Source of the DNA: an uncultured Acidobacteriota bacterium
Lineage (GTDB): Bacteria; Acidobacteriota; Terriglobia; Terriglobales; Acidobacteriaceae
Assembly: GCA_963725565.1 (NCBI GenBank)
Contig: CAVRZL010000019.1
Span: 39,295-103,294 of the forward strand
Length of the DNA: 64,000 bases
Direction: 5' to 3'
Positions 56,298 through 64,000 of this stretch are shown piece by piece. Numbering within the stretch: the first letter of the stretch is position 1; the number at the start of each line of letters is the position of its first letter. The notes under the pieces are model-generated. The model saw only the letters and a list, made by a program, of their open reading frames with translations. It ran no database searches and had not been told where the DNA came from. Position numbers and translations under genes: made by a program.

Positions 56298-56554
56298 TCA
56301 GGTCCGCTCCCCAATCGTGATCGGAGAGCGAACTTGTTCTGGATATGCTACAGAAGACGGGGCGGGAACGCAAGGGCAATCTCAGAATCAAGATCGCTGA
56401 CCACTAAGGGCACGAAGGTTCACGAAGGAAACCGCCTTGAAGGTGATTCCCCGTTGTTCTCCTGGGAACGCGTAGGTCCTCCAAAGTGTACAATTCCTCC
56501 CGCTCGCAAAAGGGTCGACAGCGTGGGGCGAAAAATCCTTTGCCGAGAATCGAT

Positions 56555-58204
56555 ATGACAAGACTCCTCTGCACTCTCCTCGTGGTCCTGGCGTTTTTTC
56601 CAGCGGCGTTCACTCAACAAACCGAGGCTCCGAAAACCTCAACTGCGAAGAAGGCGCCCACAGCGCAGCCGGCGGAGAAGCCCGCCGAGAGCATGGCCAA
56701 ACCGGAGACCGCAGCGGAACCCAAAGCTTCGATCCACGAAGCTCCGGCCGACAAAGACAAGGACAAGGACAAGGAAGAGCACTACGACATGACCGAAGTA
56801 CCGTCGGTGGTAACGCATCACCAGATCACCGTCGAAGGCAAGCCGCTGAAATATACGGCCACGGCTGGACGTCTGCCGATCAAGCGCGGGGACGGCAAGA
56901 TTGAAGCAGAGATGTTTTATGTCGCCTACACGCTGGACGGGCAGGAACCCGGCAAGAGACCTCTCACCTTCGCATTCAACGGCGGACCGGGATCGGCCTC
57001 GATCTGGCTGCATATGGGGGCGCTCGGACCGCGGAAAGTCGTGCTGCAGCCCGATGGCTTCATGCCACCCGCGCCGTATCACGTCGAGGACAATCCCTAT
57101 ACCTTGCTCGACAAGAGCGACCTGGTGCTGATCGACGCGATCGGTACGGGTTTCAGCCGAGCGGCTGACCAAGAAATGTTCAAGAAATTCTGGGGCGTGA
57201 AGGGAGACATCGAAGCCTTCAGCGAATTCATACGGCTCTACATCAGCCGTAACGAGCGCTGGTCATCCCCGCTGTTCATCCTGGGAGAAAGTTACGGCAC
57301 AACCCGTGCCGCCGGGATCGCCGGATATCTGGCCGATCGCGGGATCTCTTTCAACGGCATCACCCTGCTTTCGACCGTGCTGAATTTCGAGACGCTGGAA
57401 GACAATCCCACGAATGACCAGCCGTACGTTTTCCTGATTCCTTCGTTCACCATGATCGCGGGCTATCACCACAAGCTGGCTGCCGATCTGGCCCAGGACA
57501 TGAATAAAGCGCGGCAGCAGGCCGAGCAGTGGGCATCCACCGAATATGAACGTGCGCTCGACAAGGGGGACGCGCTCACTCCACAAGAGCGGCAGAGCAT
57601 CATCGATCAACTTGCGCGTTTCACCGGGCTGAGTAAGGAAGTCATCGATGAGGCGGACCTGCGCATCAACGTGCAGAAATTTACGCATTATCTTTTGATT
57701 GACCAGAAGGTGCGGGTTGGCCGGCTTGATGGGCGCTACACCGGGCCCGATCCCAACGGATTGCTCGACACGCCGTTCTACGATCCGACCGGTTCGGCAA
57801 CGCAGCCGCCGTTCACCTCGGTATTCAACAACTATCTGCGCACGGAACTGGGATACAAAGTCGACATGCCTTACAACGTGCGGGCGCCAAGAGGAGGGCC
57901 GGGCGGTGACACGTGGGATTGGGGATCGGCCATTCAGGGTTTTCCAGACACGGCATCGGCGATGCGGCAGGCGATCGTGAAGAATCCTTACCTGAAGATC
58001 CTGGTGATGGAGGGGTATTACGATTTGGCAACTCCGTACTACGCGGCAAATTACACAGCGGATCACCTGAACCTTCCGGCAAAGTATCGCGACAATATCT
58101 CGTTCGCCACCTATGATGCGGGGCACATGGTGTATCTGCCGATGGATGGGCTCAAAAAAATGAAGGCCGATCAGGCCGCGTTTATGGGGAGGGCGAATCC
58201 TTAA
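56555..58204 (+). CDS. S10 family serine carboxypeptidase-like peptidase (secreted)
   Basis: Internal ATG of ORF 56486-58204 with a signal peptide. It carries NGGPGSAS, the catalytic GESYG ([13 protein letters not shown]), and an HMV motif near the C-terminus. Confidence 0.85.
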   Translation: MTRLLCTLLVVLAFFPAAFTQQTEAPKTSTAKKAPTAQPAEKPAESMAKPETAAEPKASIHEAPADKDKDKDKEEHYDMTEVPSVVTHHQITVEGKPLKYTATAGRLPIKRGDGKIEAEMFYVAYTLDGQEPGKRPLTFAFNGGPGSASIWLHMGALGPRKVVLQPDGFMPPAPYHVEDNPYTLLDKSDLVLIDAIGTGFSRAADQEMFKKFWGVKGDIEAFSEFIRLYISRNERWSSPLFILGESYGTTRAAGIAGYLADRGISFNGITLLSTVLNFETLEDNPTNDQPYVFLIPSFTMIAGYHHKLAADLAQDMNKARQQAEQWASTEYERALDKGDALTPQERQSIIDQLARFTGLSKEVIDEADLRINVQKFTHYLLIDQKVRVGRLDGRYTGPDPNGLLDTPFYDPTGSATQPPFTSVFNNYLRTELGYKVDMPYNVRAPRGGPGGDTWDWGSAIQGFPDTASAMRQAIVKNPYLKILVMEGYYDLATPYYAANYTADHLNLPAKYRDNISFATYDAGHMVYLPMDGLKKMKADQAAFMGRANP

Positions 58205-58270
58205 CTAGGGAGCAAGCACGGGGTCTAGGGTCTTCTGCGCTTGGCTGCAACGTGGTAGATGACAAGGAAA

Positions 58271-58361
58271 GGCTTTAACCACGAAGGACACTAAGGTACA
58301 CGAAGGAATTCCTGCGGGATTTTTCCTTCGTGTGACTTCGTGACCTTCGTGGTTTAAGGGC
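58271..58361. repeat. word-array hairpin (CACGAAGG / CCTTCGTG) between convergent genes; probable bidirectional terminator
   Basis: GGCTTTAACCACGAAGGACACTAAGGTACACGAAGGAA - loop - TTCCTTCGTGTGACTTCGTGACCTTCGTGGTTTAAGGGC. A half array with the same word lies at 56398-56432. Confidence 0.85.
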
Positions 58362-58392
58362 TTTAGGGTCTTCTTTCTTCTTATTCTTCTTG

Positions 58393-59583
58393 TTACTTTG
58401 TGTACTGATTTTTCTTTTTGTCTTCGTGGCGCTCGATACCCAATTGGATCAGGCGGTCGATCAGATCGGGGTACTCCAATCCTGAAGCTGCCCATAGTTT
58501 CGGGTACATGCTAATGGACGTGAAACCGGGCATGGTATTGATCTCGTTCAGATAAATCTTGCTGGTTTTCGGATCCATCAGGAAGTCGACGCGCGCCAGG
58601 CCCGAGCAGTCCACAGCCTTGAAGGCTTTGACCGCGAGTTCTTGCACTTTTTTCGTCTGCGCTTTGGTGAGTTTGGCGGGGATGATTAGTTTAGAACCCT
58701 CGTCCAGATATTTCGCGTTGTAGTCGTAAAACTCTTTGATAGGAACAATTTCGCCCGGAACGGACGCCGCCGCATCATCGTTCCCCAAGACCGAGCATTC
58801 AATCTCGCGGGCTTTTTGCTTGCTGCCTCCTACGCCCTCCTCGATGACAATCTTGCGGTCGAACTTGGCGGCTTCCTCAATCGCGGGGCCGAGTTCTTTG
58901 CGGTTGTGCGCTTTACTGATGCCAACGGACGATCCCAGGTTCGCCGGCTTCACGAACACGGGATACTTCACTTTTTTCTCGATGTGCTTTTCTACTTTCT
59001 TCGGTTCTTTTTCCCATGCACCGCGCAGGATGGTGACGTGCTTGACGATGGGGATTCCTGCGGCAATGAACAATGACTTCATGATGTCTTTATCCATGCC
59101 GGCGGCGGAGCCGAGAACTCCGGCGCCTACGTAAGGGATATCAGCCAGTTCGAGAAGCCCCTGGATGGTGCCGTCCTCGCCGAAGGTGCCGTGGAGCACG
59201 GGAAAGATGACATCGACGTTGATGGCGCGATCCGCGGCGCGACGCAACGGGGCGGCGTCAGTTTGGAATGGGACTAATCCGCTCTGGCGGTGAACCGGTT
59301 CGGGGGGAACGACGACGGCCTCGCCACGAGTGAGGACGGCCGCAGCCTCCGTATTCTGCGGATCTCCGGCACGCAGGTTGCGCGGCTCGAGCTGCAGTTT
59401 GCCGGCGAGAAGATTTTCCGCGTGCTCGGCGGTAAGCCAGCGTCCGTCTTTGGTGATGCCGATGGGCACAACTTCGTATTTGTCTTTATCGATGGCGTGC
59501 AGAACGGAGGCGGCTGACAGCAGCGAAACTTCATGCTCTCCACTGCGCCCGCCGAACAGGATTCCGACCCGGATCTTATTCAT
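58393..59583 (-). CDS. ddl: D-alanine--D-alanine ligase
   Basis: Start at [20 protein letters not shown] (internal ATG of ORF 58393-59622). ATP-grasp motifs [16 protein letters not shown] and EINTMPGFT. Confidence 0.93.
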   Translation of the reverse strand: MNKIRVGILFGGRSGEHEVSLLSAASVLHAIDKDKYEVVPIGITKDGRWLTAEHAENLLAGKLQLEPRNLRAGDPQNTEAAAVLTRGEAVVVPPEPVHRQSGLVPFQTDAAPLRRAADRAINVDVIFPVLHGTFGEDGTIQGLLELADIPYVGAGVLGSAAGMDKDIMKSLFIAAGIPIVKHVTILRGAWEKEPKKVEKHIEKKVKYPVFVKPANLGSSVGISKAHNRKELGPAIEEAAKFDRKIVIEEGVGGSKQKAREIECSVLGNDDAAASVPGEIVPIKEFYDYNAKYLDEGSKLIIPAKLTKAQTKKVQELAVKAFKAVDCSGLARVDFLMDPKTSKIYLNEINTMPGFTSISMYPKLWAASGLEYPDLIDRLIQLGIERHEDKKKNQYTK

Positions 59584-59661
59584 GACCCTGCTAGTGTGGA
59601 CGGGGGCGAAGTGTCTCGTCAATCGCAGGAGAGATTCCCGCTGCTAGAATCGGCGTCGGCC

Positions 59662-60339
59662 ATGCTTCCCATCAAGCTTGTGGTTTTCGATATCGCGGGG
59701 ACCATCATCGAGGATCGGGGGGAAGTCGTGCGCGCGTTCGCCTGCGCTCTGGAAAAAAATGGCATACCCTTCACCGCCGAAGAATTGAAGAAATGGAAGG
59801 GAGCGTCAAAGCGCGAGGTCATTCGCCACTTCCTTGAGCAGAACGATGCACACGCTGGGACGACGGAATTGGTCGAGGCGACCTACGGTTGCTTTCGCGC
59901 TGAACTGGAGCGGCTGTATGCGAAGCGTCTCACTCCGATTGCGGGCGCGACCGAGACCTTCGCATGGTGCCGCGACCATCAGATTCTGATGGCGACCACC
60001 ACGGGCTTTTACCGCGAAGTAAGCGATCTTATTCTGACCAGGCTGCAATGGCGCGATTGGTTTGCGGTCAACGTTTCCAGCAGCGACGTGCGGAAGGGGC
60101 GGCCCGCGCCCGACCTGATCTTTCACGCCATGGAAGCGGCGGGAGTGCAGGATGTCCGGCAAGTCATCAATGTCGGGGATACTCCGCTCGACCTTCAATC
60201 CGGCAGCAATGCCGGCGTGCGCGGTGTGGTAGGAGTGCTGAGCGGCGCCCACGATCGAGATGCGCTACAAGGCGAACCTCATACCCACATCATCGAAAGC
60301 ATTGCGGCCTTGCCCGACCTGATCGAGCGCGAGTTCTGA
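59662..60339 (+). CDS. HAD family hydrolase (phosphonatase-like subfamily)
   Basis: Internal ATG of ORF 59533-60339. It has motif I VVFDIAGT, an RPAPD region and motif IV VGDTPLD. Confidence 0.8.
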   Translation: MLPIKLVVFDIAGTIIEDRGEVVRAFACALEKNGIPFTAEELKKWKGASKREVIRHFLEQNDAHAGTTELVEATYGCFRAELERLYAKRLTPIAGATETFAWCRDHQILMATTTGFYREVSDLILTRLQWRDWFAVNVSSSDVRKGRPAPDLIFHAMEAAGVQDVRQVINVGDTPLDLQSGSNAGVRGVVGVLSGAHDRDALQGEPHTHIIESIAALPDLIEREF

Positions 60340-60343
60340 AGTA

Positions 60344-61927
60344 CTACTGCAATGTGAGATTGATGTTTGCCGTATGGATGAGCACTCCGGAAGTCGCAGA
60401 GACGACAACTGGCACCGTGCCCCCGCCAGAGTGGCGGCCGTTCTGGTTGTACCCGCCGCAGGCGACGCAGATCATCAAGCCTGCTGCCATGCCGGAAAGA
60501 GCTAAGGCTCGGAGGCTCATCGAGAAACTTCTTCGTTGTTCTGTCCTCAAGACCACGCAACCCAAGAGTGCAAAACCACCCAGCGACGCTGCCAGCATGG
60601 GCGTGCCAGGAATTTGGTTGCGGGCCGAAGCCAGCCCCGCGGTGTCTACCGTGAGCGTCGTCGTGGCGACGTCTGTTCCTGCGAGCGAGGGCGGATTGAA
60701 GGCACAGGTAACGCCCGCCGGAACCGTGCAGGAAAACGTAACGTTGCCCGAGAAACCTCCTGCGGGCGTGACAGTCAGTACGAAACTCGCCGTCTGGCCG
60801 GCAGTAATGGTTGCGCTGGACGTGGGGGGAGTGACGGCGAAATCCGGCGCGCCGGCCGAACTGGTCGCGATGGTTCCGAACAGGCCGTGAGTTTCTCCCC
60901 CGATTCCGGCGGTGAAATACAACGTGTCGGATGCGCCCGTGCCGCCGCCGCCGAAAGTGAGCCCCCACAGGCCGGAATTGGAGATTGGGTTACCGGTGAA
61001 ATCCGCAAGTGGGCCCAGAGGAGCGCCACTGTCCGGATCGAACGCATTAATGTGACCATCTCCGAAGTTGCCGATCAGGATGGCGTTGCTGAAGGAGCCA
61101 AAATTTGCGCTGGCCTGGGTCACACCCCACGGAGCGTTCAGAGGTCCGTTGGAGGCGAAGCGGCGCACGAAGTTTCCCTCCAGGTCGAAGATGTTCACGA
61201 CGCCGTTCCCGGCTCCAGTTACCGGATCGTGCTTGGCATCGTCCTGCAGGGCATAGGTCACGAATAATTGATTGCCGATTACCTGCATGCCAAACGGTGC
61301 GTATCCAGCGGGCAGTTGAGGATCGGTGAAGGATCCAGGCGGAGCCAGCGCAGCGAAGTTCACGGTGTAAGGCTCGATGAGCCCGCTGTGAAAGTTGGCC
61401 ACGGCCAGGAATTCGCGGCAGCACGGCGGCGCGAGGATCGCCAACGATTTGTACACTGCGCCCGCATTCGAGTGATCGATGGCGGTTACAGCGGAGACGG
61501 GAAAATCACCGCGCGCGTCGACGTACCAGCCGGAGACGGTCCCGTCTTCGGTGGCAAAGAGAAACTTGCTGGCCACTCCATCCACGGGAAAATCGCCTGC
61601 ATCCACAAAAGGGTTGTAGATGACGCCGGTGGGAGTCGAAAGCGATTGCACATTCGGCGCAGGAATTCCAACAGCAATGGGCAACTGAATCGCACCGGAA
61701 GCATCATAGACCGTCGAGAATCCGCTGCCGTTGTTGGCGATCCAAAAAGGGCCGCCCGGCTTGAATGCGATGCCCCAGGGATTGAGGAGGGCGCGGTCGG
61801 TGTGCTCGGCGGTACCAGCGATGTCGGATACCAGGTTGGTCTGCTGATAGGCGGTGGTCTGTGCAGCCACTCCGCCCGCGGAAATGATACCTAGAAAACA
61901 CACTAAGAAAATTACCGGCCGATTCAA
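60344..61927 (-). CDS. TIGR03118-like beta-propeller protein with C-terminal Ig-like domain and TM segments
   Basis: 527 aa with a signal peptide. NLVSDIAGTAEHTDRALLNPWGIAFKPGGPFWIANNGSGFSTVYD is typical of that family as I remember it. The C-terminus carries an Ig-like domain and hydrophobic helices. Confidence 0.7.
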   Translation of the reverse strand: MNRPVIFLVCFLGIISAGGVAAQTTAYQQTNLVSDIAGTAEHTDRALLNPWGIAFKPGGPFWIANNGSGFSTVYDASGAIQLPIAVGIPAPNVQSLSTPTGVIYNPFVDAGDFPVDGVASKFLFATEDGTVSGWYVDARGDFPVSAVTAIDHSNAGAVYKSLAILAPPCCREFLAVANFHSGLIEPYTVNFAALAPPGSFTDPQLPAGYAPFGMQVIGNQLFVTYALQDDAKHDPVTGAGNGVVNIFDLEGNFVRRFASNGPLNAPWGVTQASANFGSFSNAILIGNFGDGHINAFDPDSGAPLGPLADFTGNPISNSGLWGLTFGGGGTGASDTLYFTAGIGGETHGLFGTIATSSAGAPDFAVTPPTSSATITAGQTASFVLTVTPAGGFSGNVTFSCTVPAGVTCAFNPPSLAGTDVATTTLTVDTAGLASARNQIPGTPMLAASLGGFALLGCVVLRTEQRRSFSMSLRALALSGMAAGLMICVACGGYNQNGRHSGGGTVPVVVSATSGVLIHTANINLTLQ

Positions 61928-62090
61928 AGCTTTCTCCTTGGGGAAGATTCAGCTTAGAAGGTCGGCAGAAAGGGATTGTCACCCTAACGTAAACATCCTG
62001 TAAACATCGGGGCGAACGTTTCGCGAATCTAGATAACGCGGTTGCTACATCGATCGGTTTGATCCGGTTCGGGCGGAGGGCCAAACCCTT

Positions 62091-62120
62091 CACCACGGGG
62101 GGCACAGAGGATCACAGGGG
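62091..62120 (+). repeat. word array (CACAGRG-type), 3' of arginase
   Basis: CACCACGGGGGGCACAGAGGATCACAGGGG. A near-duplicate lies at 63123-63150. Confidence 0.75.
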
Positions 62121-62161
62121 AAACCGGAGACTTACTAATGTGGCCAGTTTGACGCACTGCA

Positions 62162-63103
62162 CTAGAGAATCTTTTTTCCGAACGCGGAGAGTGCCAACTC
62201 TACTGCCAGATCCGCGGTCTGATTGTGCTCGTCGATCACTGGATTCACTTCGACGATTTCGAAGCTGAGCATGCGGCCGTGGTCGGCGATGATTTCCATG
62301 GCAAGGTGAGCCTCGCGGTAAGTAGCGCCGCCGCGGACTGGAGTGCCAACTCCGGGAGCGTCTTCGGGATCGACCCAGTCCATGTCGAGGGAGATGTGGT
62401 ATCCGGCGGTGCCGCGACCGGCCATGCGGAGAGCTTCTTCCATCACGGTGCGCATGCCGCGTTCGTCGATGTCGCGCATGGTGAAGACGCCGATTCCGGT
62501 CTTGCGGACATTTTCTTTCTCCACCGCATCGATGTCGCGCACGCCGACCAGGACACAATTCTCCGGCCGAACCTTGGGTGAAAAATCGTAGATATTGGCT
62601 AGCTCGGAAGGCCAGAGGCCCATGAGCGCGGCCAGAGGCATGCCATGCACGTTGCCGCTGGGGGAGGAATCAGGCGTGTTGATGTCGGTGTGGGCATCAA
62701 TCCAGATGAGTCCGACGCGCTGGTTCTGCTTGCGATAAAACTCGGCGACGCCCGACACGGTGCCTGCCGCCATGGAATGATCTCCGCCCAGCGCGAGTGG
62801 AACCTTTCCAGCTTCGAGGGTCTTGTACACCAACTCGGCGTGTTTGGTGCACGTCGCGGTAATTTCTTTTAGATATTTGGCATTGGCAGCGCCTTCTTTT
62901 TTCTGCTCGGGAATCGCAACCGGGACGTTGCCGCCATCCTCAACCTCATGGCCGAGGGCCTCCAGACGCGCTTCGAGTCCGGCGACGCGAACGGCGGAGG
63001 GCCCCATATCTACACCGCGACGCGATTGTCCGAGGTCCAGGGGAACTCCGATGACACGAATCTTTCGGCCTGCAACATTTGTGGGTGACGCAATTGTCGT
63101 CAT
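62162..63103 (-). CDS. rocF: arginase
   Basis: 313 aa with the Mn-binding motifs GGDHSMAAG, IWIDAHTDINT and SLDMDWVDP. Confidence 0.92.
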   Translation of the reverse strand: MTTIASPTNVAGRKIRVIGVPLDLGQSRRGVDMGPSAVRVAGLEARLEALGHEVEDGGNVPVAIPEQKKEGAANAKYLKEITATCTKHAELVYKTLEAGKVPLALGGDHSMAAGTVSGVAEFYRKQNQRVGLIWIDAHTDINTPDSSPSGNVHGMPLAALMGLWPSELANIYDFSPKVRPENCVLVGVRDIDAVEKENVRKTGIGVFTMRDIDERGMRTVMEEALRMAGRGTAGYHISLDMDWVDPEDAPGVGTPVRGGATYREAHLAMEIIADHGRMLSFEIVEVNPVIDEHNQTADLAVELALSAFGKKIL

Positions 63104-63122
63104 AATTCAATCCGGACAACTT

Positions 63123-63150
63123 CACCACAGGGGACACAGAGGGCACAGAG
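63123..63150 (+). repeat. word array (CACAGRG-type), 5' of arginase
   Basis: CACCACAGGGGACACAGAGGGCACAGAG, in direct orientation with 62091-62120. Confidence 0.75.
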
Positions 63151-63207
63151 TTTCGTTCTTGCTTTTTCAATTACACGATTACCAAATTACACAATTCCTC
63201 AATTCCC

Positions 63208-64000
63208 TCACGGGTAGAGCCGGTACAGCATTCGCGGAAACGGAATGGTTTCGCGCACGTGCTCCAGGCCACAGATCCAGGCTACCGCGCGCTCGATCCC
63301 CATGCCGAAGCCGCCGTGCGGGACACTGCCGAATTTACGCAGGTCAAGGTACCACTTGAAGGCTTCCTCGGGCAGGCCGTGTTCGTGAATGCGCTGCAAT
63401 AGCAATTCGTACGAGGCCATGCGCTGCGAGCCACCGATGATTTCACCGTAACCTTCGGGAGCGAGCACGTCGACGCACAACGCCAGGTCGGGGCGTTCGG
63501 GATCGGGCTCCATGTAGAACGCCTTCACCTTGGCGGGATAGCGATGCACCATCACGGGCTTGTCGAACTGCGCCGAAAGATAGGTTTCGTCAGGGGAACC
63601 GAGATCGCCGCCCCATTCGAATTTCGATTCCAGCGCGCCCTTGGCGTGGCCTTCCTGCAGATTCTTGACGGCATCGTCGTAGCTGATGCGCGGGAACGGC
63701 GCCTCGATTTTCTCGAGCTTCGAGATATCGCGGCCGATGGTCTGCAAATCAGCGCGGCGACGCTCCAGGCAGCGCTTCACGATGAAGCTGATCAGGCCTT
63801 CGGCGAGGTCCATCACGTCGTCGAGTTGGGCGTAGGCCACTTCGGGCTCGACCATCCAGAATTCGGTGAGATGGCGACGGGTCTTGGATTTCTCGGCGCG
63901 AAACGTTGGACCGAAGGAGTACACCTTGCCCAGACGCCATGGCCATGGCTTCGACGTAAAGCTGGCCGGATTGCGTCAGGAAAGCCTGCTCGTCGAAGTA
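63208..64000 (-). CDS. asnS: asparagine--tRNA ligase (5' part off window; one +1 frameshift near 63934)
   Basis: Class II aaRS motifs [19 protein letters not shown] and [13 protein letters not shown]. Upstream, [15 protein letters not shown] lies in the neighbouring frame and joins [11 protein letters not shown] if one base is removed. Confidence 0.9.

Overview
Chromosomal segment of a moderately GC-rich bacterium. Gene content suggests Acidobacteriota: an ADOP-type duplicated orphan permease, a TIGR03118-like beta-propeller protein, many secreted M14/M28/S10 peptidases, AMIN/TonB/PilZ genes and a dense flora of short intergenic repeats. This is inference; no search was run. The window is mostly housekeeping: apt, acyP, efp, trpG/trpE, gdhA, pgsA, an aroD-aroE fusion, yceD-rpmF-plsX-fabD, ddl, arginase and asnS. 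It also holds a TetR-HlyD-ABC efflux operon and a VapBC pair. I saw no rRNA, tRNA or CRISPR array. Points worth a second look: (1) A SAM-I riboswitch with its own terminator precedes a zinc-ribbon ThrC-like PLP enzyme and a CysO-like sulfur-carrier protein, which suggests a protein-thiocarboxylate route to homocysteine. (2) About 29.6-42.4 kb is saturated with frameshifts, and every one I could resolve is a single extra base (+1). They hit two mirror-image IorAB-like oxidoreductase pairs, an M28 peptidase, two receiver proteins, a TPR/YfgM-like gene and a GH5 gene, while the flanks are almost frame-clean. This is either an unpolished assembly patch or a decaying segment. (3) A ~2.35 kb degraded integrated element sits just downstream of aroDE and is bounded by an imperfect duplication of the aroDE 3' end. 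It contains a REP-flanked RAYT transposase and a truncated phage terminase, and an orphan GvpL/GvpF gene lies just outside it. (4) Two four-helix-bundle (23S rRNA IVS-protein family) genes each sit between inverted arrays of heptamer words, and one is wedged inside the ABC operon. (5) Several families of intergenic 7-8 nt word arrays form long hairpins, and there are at least three MITE/REP-like families. All coordinates and frame calls were made by eye from the sequence and the ORF track.
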